Assembly (NCBI GenBank): GCA_965644295.1
Contig: CBFFRP010000132.1
Location: forward strand, 1-64,000
Direction of reading: 5' to 3'
Source of the DNA: Paraphysomonas bandaiensis
Lineage: Eukaryota > Protista > Chrysophyceae
DNA: 64,000 nt
Below, one piece after another: positions 11,001-22,200 of this stretch. The translations under genes were made by a program, and so were the position numbers. A model generated the notes under the pieces. The model ran no database searches, was not told the origin of the DNA, and was given only the letters and a program-made list of their open reading frames with translations. Position 1 is the stretch's first letter; each line of letters opens with the position of its first letter.

Positions 11001-12123
11001 GCTATATTTGTTGCCATTTGAATGCATGCAATCTGAACTGTTGTTGAGGCTTAAGTGCTTTCAACTGTCCAGTTTGCAATTTTTCACGTTGTTGAGGCTT
11101 AAGTGCTTCCATGTGCTCCTTGTTTGAGTTTGTAAAAACGAATAAATAGGGTAGGAAATTTTTTAGCATAGATTGAGATTGTTTTTAGAAAGTAAATAAC
11201 TCAGTTTTATGTCGACACTTTTTTATTATTTTTTGCTATAGTTATTCTAGAAATACTTTTAAAACAATCTCAACTACTGTGCAGTATCCATATGAACATT
11301 GTGTGAGTAATTGCTTAAGTTAGCCTTGCTTTCTTGAATATGATGTCTTTATAATTGACGGGGCATTTGAATTAATGGCACATCCCATTAAAGAAATGTA
11401 CAGGTACTTGACATGTGCTATATATAAAAAGAATTGAAAATATGCATATTTTACCTAGAAAACATTCATAAGTATATTATTTTCTCCCAAAGTTGAAAGG
11501 AGCTGCAGTACATAATACACATTACACAACTAAACGAAATAATTATACTATGTAATTACACCATATATTAAATATTAAACAGCTTACAGAGACTTCTTCA
11601 GAGTGAATTCGTAGGGCCACCGGGTCACCTTCCTTCGGGCTTCATGCTTGTTTTCTGACACTGAGCGAACAAGCTGATTCCTTGTTGAAAGATCTAAAGA
11701 CGTTTAAGAATGCCAGTTTTTGCTCTCATCCAAGAGTGATCACGAAAAACGTGCAGGAAGTGATTTTGTACAGGGTATTGTGGACAGTGCCGAGGTCACG
11801 AACAGAGCTCGACTTGGTACCTATGAGAATGAATATACCTATCATGAATAAATACTTCATAACATACATATAACACGTGGCACGTGGTGAGCACATATCT
11901 TACATATTATTACATATATCTAATACAATATAGTGACATATTGTTTAGATTTCACTTAGTTCTATATATTTAGCATATATCAAGTACCAGTACATTCCAT
12001 TAATGTGGGATGCCATTAATGATGGTAGTCTAATTCCCGGCAATTATAATGGCATTAATAAAAATGTCCCTAAAATTACAAATAGTTGACATTATTACCA
12101 TTAATGGCCCATAATGATTAATG

Positions 12124-12508
12124 AAGTCGGGGTAATACCAAAACCTGGTAAGATATGTATAAAACCTGGTGAAATTTTCGATGATGGTCGGAAAGGGTTA
12201 ACTATGCACAATAAGTTAACTATGAAGATATTATAATTTAACAGTCTGAAAAGTATTATTTATAATATATTTTACTACTTTCTTACATAATAATATTTCA
12301 GTTTTACAACTACAAAAGTCACCGACTACACAATTCATATATATGTATCATATTATACAGTGTAATCAATCTTTTCAGTCATAAGCATAAAAAGCTACTC
12401 GTTGTACGACACCCCACAACATACAAACTACAGTAAAATAATAATTCAATTCTTAGATATGAAACCTGGTGAAATCGCTTTACCAGGTTTTGCATATTAC
12501 CTCGACTC
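12124..12508. mobile_element. Degenerate non-autonomous TIR element
   Basis: AGTCGGGGTAATACCAAAACCTGGTAA versus TTACCAGGTTTTGCATATTACCTCGACT in inverted orientation. A related end lies at 34384-34424. Interior 12210-12420 recurs inverted at about 33760-33945. Confidence 0.5.
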
Positions 12509-12707
12509 TTATGGCCATTAATGTCATTACCATTAACGGATACCAGGCCCTGCTACAGCGTAGCAGCGGAACGTTAAACTCACTCAATAGTCAAGAATTA
12601 GAAATTTTAAATCAGTAACACTTACCATCCCTCAACTAAGTTTAGTGTTCTAGTAGTAGTAGTGAGTAGTTAGAACTAATGTAGCAAAAAGTAATTTAAC
12701 AAACTAG

Positions 12708-13150
12708 TGCTTAACTCTCATATCCTACGATATTTAACGCTACAAAAGCTGCTTATGCGTCACCACAAGCACCAAGGTGCAGCCATTTTTGCTCTATCAC
12801 TCAAAGTGATTGCAGTGAGCAAGCAGAACGTTGATATTTCTGAAATCTGCTGACTTCAGGTTTATTAAAGGCCTTGGCAAATAAACAGGCGTCCGGGAAT
12901 GGGCCCACCTCAAGGACATCCCCGATTTCCATTCGATAGCCGTATTGGGTATTTGGCTGCTTGCTGAAGTCAATCATCAGGGCTAGTTCACCTTAAAGAC
13001 TCAAAATCGTGAAGAGAGCAAATGTCAGGTACATCATCATTCTTTTTGCTCACTGCGTTTGCTTTGCGTGATATAGAGCAACAGTGGTTGCACTTTGGTG
13101 CTTGCTGTGACGTACAAGCAGCCTTCGTAGTAGGATATCAGAGTTAAGCA
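12708..13150. mobile_element. Fold-back/MITE-like element with about 140-bp imperfect inverted arms; dispersed family
   Basis: TGCTTAACTCTCATATCCTAC...CAAGCACCAAGGTGCAGCCA mirrored by TGGTTGCACTTTGGTGCTTG...GTAGGATATCAGAGTTAAGCA. Fragments also at about 2970-3090, 13574-13600, 14954-15130 and 63845-63985. Confidence 0.65.
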
Positions 13151-15315
13151 TTGACTCTTAAACGCCTATTGCTAATATACTAAGACATTCACTAGAACGC
13201 TTCCCATTTATTGTCGTTCACTAGATATTATAGTCCAACCTCGGAACCGCTGTGTTCCATGCCATATGAGCCATGTAGCCCGGTCTACACATGGTACTCG
13301 ATACAGCTCCCCACATCTCCCGACGCAATACACCACACCCATCATAGATAGGACCGACCCCACACCGAAACTACTCCGGCTTCTTCGAGCAACATCCACT
13401 CCTAGTATCATACCCCCTACTCGAATCCGACCCCAGCCCACAGGCTTGCACATCTACTCCGGAAACAACTGCTAAGGTTTAGCAGACATTCCGTAACCGA
13501 CCTACACTCCCACTTACATGTCATTTTCACTCCACTCCTCAAGTAACGTGCGGCACTAACTCCAATACAAGGGATGGTTGCACCAAGTGTGCTTGCAGCA
13601 ATGGATAAGTAGTCCCGAGACGGTTGAAGAATTTAGTAAATAGCGACTAATATTATTAAGTCCATAGCTACATATATTACACATTCTAGATACAACCATT
13701 CTCATGTAATAACCAGACATTTCTATATCTCAATAGTTCATATACTACTGTTAATCACTAGTGTATTCTTCATGTAGCGGTCGTACTTGAAATGCCTTAT
13801 TAGAGCTACAGCTTTTAGTTGTTCTCAAACAACAAAACTCAACACTCAACACTATTGATTATGATAACCCAAACCCTAACCTTAATTATCTATTATCCCC
13901 AATTTGTCTAGAAAAGAGATATTATACCCTTAATTTGGTGAAGCAAATGCGGATTAATCACTGTTCTGTATTCTATAGCGTGTGCTTGATTACTATTACC
14001 ATTAACTACTCTAGATGTGCTTGCATGTATATCAGTGCCGGTTAAAAATGAATTAGATTGCAATGTAAATATTGCAATTATATATTGTTGCCATGATGAA
14101 ACTGATTATCCACGTTCGACATATATATATATATTATATATATATCTAATATTATTCTTTTGATATTATATATATGATGTATTACAAAATATTGTACCTT
14201 AATATTTTTGCCCTGGCTTACTGAAACGACAATTTCTTATAGATCAAAACACAACATATTGCTCTTCTACAGCTAAAAGGTTTTATTATTGTTTCATATC
14301 CCTCCATCCCGCAGGTGGTAAGATACTGGACCGGAACCATCACAACAGCCCAACTTGAAACGGTCTTTGGAGACCATGTACACAACTCCCTGACGGCACA
14401 CAGTCTTCGACACCTAGAAATAGCGGTTATCGATCTACTTCAACCGCTTTATGCTGCAGCGAAGCTAATGTTACAGAATCGCGGCCGCCGTTACATCACT
14501 CTGCACAAAGGACTTCCTAGGTTGCCCCCGCGACAGCGTCAGAAACGGAGTCAGCCATGGAAACGTCCGAGAGTGCTACGATTGCTAGGGGTCCACAGAA
14601 GACCCGTGACTGCGCCACCTCCCGCCTCACACACGAATCCGACCTAATCAACAGACCTTATTACCATCCAGACCCCCCCAAAGACGCTGTCTCCGGTAAC
14701 TCTCTACTCCAGAGGTCCAAAAAGAGCACAGCATCAATGCCCACACATTCAACGCCTCATCCCACTGCTCTATCCAACTCACAGCCCACCCACCTAGAAC
14801 TCGCTACACTCAGGGGCTTAATACAAAACCCTGAGCCCCCTCCTAACCCAGTGGAGTCTCATCCCAAGGGGAGACCTCCAGATCACACGCGCCGGTGAGT
14901 CCCAGGACACACGATTATGGCGGGCCTTAGTTATAACACACACAAAGAACGGAAGTGGTTGCACCTTTGTGCTTGCGGCGACGCACAAGCAGCTTCTGTA
15001 GCGTTAAATAGTAGGATAAAAGAGTTTGTATTGATTAGTTACGGGTAGAGGTCTACATAGTATGTCTAGTATTCTTCTAGCCACTAATTAGTGCAGGTTT
15101 TCAACGTTTATTGCTAAATAATAAGACATTCAATATTCAATATGTTGTTTCATTGCAGTGCTAAACAAATTGATATATATTCATGTGTTGAAGATGCGTT
15201 TCTTAATCTAAAATAAAGCGCTAATGATTCGCCGTGGTCTACTCCTATCTACAGTAAAGAAATGTTACTTCGTTGAAAATTCAGTCAAATTCAATTTTAA
15301 TTTTAGTATGGAAAT

Positions 15316-16461
15316 TCATATATCCATCACTCGAACAACAAATAATGTTTTGTCGCTTATATCTAATTCCTCGATAGTTTTATCCTTCATATTATGTTGT
15401 AGTGTCAACATCGGATAGTATCTAATTACTTCAAAATTCTCAGACACACTATACTCCGTACTTTTGATGAATTGAAGAACATGACCTACTGTATCGCGCT
15501 TGAAAAAACGCCGCGAGAATACATACTTTTTGCTACTTCTTGAGGGCGTGCGGGAGACATCACCTGCTACATTCTCCTGAAGGCGAAACATAAGCGTTAT
15601 TATGTCGTCAGCATTCTCCTAATTATCACACAAGATGAGAAAACTTAACACCGAAGGAGCTAAAAACTTACAGGAGGTTCTGGAGCCAATTCGACTTCCA
15701 CTTTGCATACGGAATCATCACTCGCCTAATGTGTGCATGAGAACAAAACAAGCAAAATTCGTGATGCTAACTTTCTTCTCTCCCGCATCGATTGTATTAA
15801 CAACCGGTGTATTCGCAGAGTCACTACCTCCTGGGCGTAATTGAGCGGCACGATAGGAATCGACTAGCACTGCGTTCATGTAGGCAGCGTCTTGTTTCTC
15901 AATAAGTGCACGTCTTTCCTGATTGGACTCAAGAGCGTGTACTTGAACATTGTGGTGAATGGTAGATTCTTTTGGCTTTACAACAGGACCAGGAGAGGAG
16001 CGCCGAATAGAATTTGAGACACGTGGACTACTCTTTATACAAGCATCTGACGGACATAAATTCTCCTTACTTCCACTGCTTCGATATGTATGAGAATCAT
16101 CACAAGAATACTTGGAATCTACCCGACTACCTAGCTTCGCCCGTATGTTTCTAGAATTAGGAATTTTGAGTGCATAACGCTTAGTATTTAGCGCTCGAGT
16201 CTCGTCTGTTGCCTTTTCTTTAAAACTCGCTCGCGTTGTTCGTAAAGTCTCAATTTCATCAAAGAGACATTCCAACTCCGCTTTCTTACACTCACTGTTC
16301 CTTTCCAATGACGTCAGCACTTCTGATGTGCTACTTTTAATCTCGTATATACTAATCGCATAAGGAATGACAACAAACACAACATAGTACACTACAACAG
16401 CAATACCAAATGAATATAAAGCATAGAGCTGAAAGTCCCGATGAGAAGAAGAAGTTTCCAT
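15316..16461 (-). CDS. UBX-domain protein with N-terminal TM helix; exons 16461-15772, 15725-15672, 15618-15316
   Basis: GT-AG introns of 46 and 53 bp keep frame. TM YSFGIAVVVYYVVFVVIPY, coiled coil ERRALIEKQDAAY, LAPEPP before the domain, SRRFFKRDTVGHVLQFI, RYYP loop, TIEELDISDKTLFVV. Start codon uncertain. Confidence 0.8.
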
Positions 16462-16999
16462 AACGAGAAGGGATTGCTCAGCGCATTGATGTTTGAATAC
16501 CTGTATAATAACTAATCCAATAGCTACTTCCCACGACAAGCCTTCCCACACTGCAGTGGTATAATACTCTTCTACACATAAACTCTATATACAGCTGGCT
16601 CTCATCCAACTCAAAAACCCGTGATTTGAGTAGAAAAACCCTGTTTGTGATTTGTGTGATATACAGTACTCTGTATACACTGTATTCCTATTATGCTATT
16701 TTTCACATCTAAAAGCCAGTGTTTTTAGATTCTTGATCGTATTTCTATGCAGCAGTAGAAAAAAAGCACATTATTTCAGTTTCACCTGCACTTGCAATCC
16801 CTGTGACCATTAAAGATATTGCATGAGATATACATATTTTTTTCGCCACACTCCAATCAGATAAATGTCTACACCACATCTCCACATCACGTCATCGCCA
16901 CTCTCGCTGAATACCACATACATACCTCACAATCCCACCACACATACATTTTCCTGTCGATAACTCCCAGTGTTTTACATCTTTAAGTCGTTTATCAAA

Positions 17000-18537
17000 A
17001 TGAACACTGCTGGAAAATCATTCCTACGTAAAGTGAATGGCATCGCAAGGAGATCTTTCTCTGCGAAGGTAACACGCCCGCGCTGCGATACAAAGATACT
17101 TATCTTTTTTCTAGAGCTTGAAAGAAACTCTTCGCGATCAAATCCCCGCCAAGCAAGAGGCTCTTAAGAAGCTAAAGGCTGAATATGGAAGCAAATCTCT
17201 TGGCGAAGTGACTGTTGATCAGGTACGTAATTCCAGAGCAAACAAACAACTGCAATTGACTCGTGCCTCACGTCACAGTGCATTGGTGGTGGACGTGATG
17301 TGAAGTGCATGTACTACGAGACTTCGCTTCTTGATGCCCAAGAGGTTGGTGGTTTGATATTTTTGTTATTCCCGTTAACAAATGTTTGCAGGGTATCCGG
17401 TTCCGTGGATACAGCATTCCGGAACTGCAGCAGAAATTGCCAACCTTCAAAGGTCCTGCTGGTGATGGCGAACCTCTCCCTGAGGCTCTTCTCTGGCTTC
17501 TTTTGACTGCTGAGATCCCCACCGTTGAGCAGACCCGTGCTCTTACCGCGGAACTTAATGCCCGTGCCAAACTTCCCGCACATGTTGAACCCTTGATCCG
17601 CAACTTCCCCAAGGGCATGCACCCCATGACACAGTTCTCGATTGCTCTATCTGCCTGCCAAACTGACTCACAATTTGCCAAGGCTTATTCTGCGGGTGTG
17701 CACAAGTCGAAGTACTGGGAGACAACACTGGAGGACGTTTTGGATGTGGTGGCCAAGATGCCCGAGATCGCTGCACTAATCTATCGCTGCACCTTCAAGG
17801 ATGGTGTCGTCGCCAAGGACACTTCCGCAGACCTGGACTACTCCGGTAGATTTTGCCGTATGCTTGGCTACGATCAACCGGACTTTGATGAGCTCATGCG
17901 TCTCTACCTCACGATCCACACTGATCATGAAGGCGGCAATGCATCTGCACACACCACTCATCTAGTCGGCTCCACACTCTCTGACCCCTATCTTGCTTAC
18001 TCTGCGGGTCTCAATGCCCTTGCCGGCCCTCTTCACGGTCTCGCCAATCAGGAAGTGCTTTCTTGGATAATTGCCTTGAATGATAAATTCACTGCGGAAG
18101 GCAAAGCCGTGAACAACGAGACAATTACCCAGTTCGCGTGGGAAACACTGAACTCTGGTAAGGTAATCCCTGGGTACGGCCATGCGGTTCTCCGAAAAAC
18201 GGATCCTAGGTACACTTGCCAGCGTGAGTTCGCCCTCAAGTATATGCCTGACGATCCCCTGTTCAAGATTGTCTCCACCATCTATGAGGTGATGCCTGGC
18301 ATACTTACTGAGCATGGGAAGACCAAGAATCCCTACCCCAACGTAGACTCGCATAGTGGAGTCCTCCTTTGGCATTATGGATTCAAGGACTACAGTTATT
18401 ACACTGTCCTCTTTGGTGTGTCTCGCGGTATGGGAGCACTTTCTCAAGTCTTTTGGGACCGTGCTCTGGGAATGCCTCTCGAGAGACCAAAGTCTGTCAC
18501 TGCTGAGTACATCAAGGAATACTTCAAAGACAAGTAG
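17000..18537 (+). CDS. CS: Mitochondrial citrate synthase; exons 17000-17068, 17115-17222, 17279-17344, 17392-18537
   Basis: Arg/Ser-rich presequence; [63 protein letters not shown]; GT-AG introns of 46, 56 and 47 bp. Confidence 0.97.
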
Positions 18538-19005
18538 GTACCTCATCGTCTCCAGCCCACTTGCTTACGGGTAGTTGTTTCTTACGACTCTTCACTGCAC
18601 TTGCTGATTCAGTAACTGCGTTTTTGAATTATGTCACGAGAAGAGTTTTAGGAGTAGTCAGACATAAGTATATTTTTGCTGTCGATACAATATCATGGTT
18701 GTCAATTGACATTCCATGTTGTGTTGACGGCATACTAATAAGCACTTGGCTTGTATAAATCACATTTTTATTTGCAACTACTCTAAGACTGTACAATGTT
18801 GAGTAATTGAAAGCCGTAGTTATAAGGTTTAAATCAGGGCCAGGTATAAATATATTGTATATTATTGGATTGCAATTATTTATATTTGCTTGCAACAATT
18901 TATTATTTTTTAGCAAAATTTGGCCTCGCAATATATTGATCAAGTTTGTGTCTTTGAATATAGATCGATTCAGGGCCTGGAATCCGTTAATGGTAATATG
19001 GTAAT

Positions 19006-19298
19006 TATTAGAATATGGACTGTATCCTAGTATATTCAATGTGGTACTTGAAGACAATGTACGAGAATACAGTGAAGTATGGTGATGTGTAGATGCTGTT
19101 ATGATATTGAGAAAACTGAAATAGTTTGCTCTTTCAAGATATGTTTAGTAGCGAAAGGTCTACAGAAGTAGTGATTTATGCATGGCACAAAACGAGCTTG
19201 TGTTGTTTAACACAATTTGTGTAAACGATATTAATAAATCTATCTAGTCTAACAACTTAATCTCTCTTTGATCTAAGTAAAATGAGCATTTCCCAACA
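19006..19298 (+). repeat. Copia 5' LTR (293 bp, TATT...AACA)
   Basis: Identical by eye to the reassembled 3' LTR. Confidence 0.95.
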
Positions 19299-22200
19299 TG
19301 GTAGCGAGCGAGGAGGAGAGAAGGAGGATAGAGGAGTAGTTCCTCAGTTCAACGAGACTAACGTTGAACAATGGATTGAGGACTTCGAGACATTCCTTAT
19401 GAGGAAGGAACAAAGCGAGGTAGCGGTGGAACTGCCACCTAAGGAGAGCGACTTCGGGGAGCAGCCACTTACGTTGATGGAGGAGAAGGCGTACAGACAG
19501 GCTGTGAAGAGGTATTGGAAGGCGAACGCCATAGCTTATTCTTACTGCAGGGATGCGGTGCAGCATTCCCCGAAAGCGCTGCGTAAATTCCATCTTACTC
19601 ACAAAGCGTTCAAGGCAGAAGGGAGTGGTGTAAACAGGTTCAAAACACATGTAATGATTGATGAGTTGAAGAAGTGTTTTGCTGGAGGGAAGCAAAATAG
19701 GATCAGTGACCTCTTAACTCAATATGGTTCTTTCCGTATGCGTCCGGAGGAGACGGCGAAGGACTACGTACTACGGTTCGAACTACTGCTGAAGGAACTA
19801 CAGGAGCAGCAGCAGGATATCTCGGAGGTATCAAAAACAAGTCGACTACGAGAAGGCTTGCTCAATGAAGAGTATGCTCAACTGAGAGTTGGATTATACT
19901 TGATGGATGATGATGTTAATTATGTAACTGTATCACGTAAGATAGAAGGCTATGATGATACTATGGCTGGGAAGGAAGCGTTGGAGAAGAAGCGTAAAAG
20001 AGTGGAGGAGCTGAACCTGATAGACAGTAAGAAACGATATCGCAGAGAGAGGGATCATCGTAAGAAGAACAACGGTAAGAAGAAGCCGATGAAGAAGGAT
20101 ACAGAGATTACAGGGCAGCGACCTGGAAGTGCCGAATATACTGGGTGCAGAAATTGTAAGTCAAAGGAACATCTTGCCATCGATTGTCCAGCATCGAAAA
20201 AGAAGTACTCGCAAAGCAAGAGCAAGGCTGTGAGGTTTCAAGATGGAAGGAAACCAGACAAAAGACTACTTACAGTTGAAAACATCAGGCGTGGAGAGCC
20301 AGCGGATTTGTCTGACGAAGACGAAGCAAATATGATCGAGCAACAGGAAGAGTATCACTTGTCATGTAATGTGTATGAGACGAATATATGCAGTAGTGTG
20401 CATGAGGATATTCACTATACATACATTGATACCTGTTGTTCGTCATCAATGTTTTTGATAAATGATGTGAATATACTTGATAGACATATGCACACATCAA
20501 AGGTTATTAATGGTTCGAAAAAAGGGTCAGAGATATGCGTCACGAGTGTAGGTTCCCGTGGAGCATGGAAGAACATTGAGGTATCAAGTCAGATAAATCG
20601 GTGTCTTTGTTCTGGACGGAAGTTGAACGATATGGGATATCGATTTACTGTATGGTATGGTATACAGATATATGACAGAAATACGGATGAGCTGGTGTTG
20701 GAGGGACCTATGAAGAATGGAATGACTGCTGTGCCAACACAGCAGTTATTGGAGCTTCCAGACGTATCGACATCCAGTGATTCAGAAGTAAATCTCAGTG
20801 ACCGTACGGGTGAGGATGAACTGGAGCTGTTACATAGGAGAGCGGGTCATTTTAACAAGCATGCGTTGGTAGAAGCCCACAAAAGAATGCTAATTATTGG
20901 GACTGGACTGAAACGAAAACATCTCTCGAAACGTGTTTCCAAAGAACAGTGTCTATGTGATGTATGCGCCAGGGCGAAGATCACCAGAGTAAGTTTTCGG
21001 ACAAAGGATGAGGACTCCGTTCGTCCAAATTTCTCGGCCGATATAGCAGTATACTTAAATTGTCCAGCTCGAGGAGGGGAAATATATGTGCTCAAACTAA
21101 CACACCATGCCAGTCGGATGTTCTGGTCGGAAGGGCTTGTTCATAGGACTGGGTCATCGGTACTGCAGGTTTTCAAGAAGATTTTTGAAGGAGATGTGAA
21201 AAGGTACAAATTAGAAATGCATCATTACCATGCAGATGGAGCAGGGGAGCTAATATGTGATGAGCTGCGACAATATCTTAGGTCACAGGGTTGCTATCAA
21301 CATACGTGGAGCTCTACGGACTCTCCTGAGATGAACGCGATTGAGGAGCGGAAATTCAGGACCTGTGGTGAGATGACATTAGCGATGCTGATTCAGTCAG
21401 GATTGCCTTCACAGTTTTGGCTAGATGCCTACATGGCAGCCAGGTACATATTAATTCGATTGCCTACAAAGACAGCGAAGGGGTATATGTCCCCTCTTGA
21501 ATTTTTGACTGGTGAGGCTCCCAACCTGAAATATCTCAGAGTATGGGGGTGTCGTGCGTATGTCCTCACTACAAAGGCGGATCGACGGAAAGACTGGGAC
21601 GACAAGGCCCTTATCGGATATCTGATAGGATATTCAGATGAAAAGGTAGGATATGATGTATATCTACCTGCGACTGATAGGGTCGTCACGTCGGTACATG
21701 TATTAACTGATGAGTCCATACCGTCACGCTCGGAGAGCTATTTCGCTGAGATAGATGCTCTTCGAGTGAAGGAGGCCGAGAGACCGAAAATTGTGTCTGA
21801 CTATGCGGGCTTAGAAGGTACATATCATATTGATGATGAGGATGGTCTTCTCTACAAGACCACGAGAGTAGTAGAACGAAAGGGGGTAATAGTAGCCTAT
21901 CGATCTCTGGTAACTGCAGGTCGGAAGCATATCGAGCACCGGGTGCCGATTCACGTCGAGGACGTAGTGCGAATGACTGCAGAAACTCCCGGGAATACCG
22001 GATATATAGGAAAGGGGGACGCCCTGAGTACTATGCCAGCCAGGGTGCTGGACCAGGGAAGACCTGGAGGGTTACAGGAGAGTCCTGACCCAACCTGTCA
22101 GGAGACAGCTGTGAGGTTGCAGACCTCTGAAGACTATGAGTCTGGGGTTGTGAGCGGGGCTCCTCCCACAACGCACGATGTGCGTGCTCAGGATGAGCAA

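Noticed and set aside
18629-19057. 142-aa minus-strand ORF
   Set aside because: AT-rich, crosses the MITE and LTR boundary, no protein motifs.
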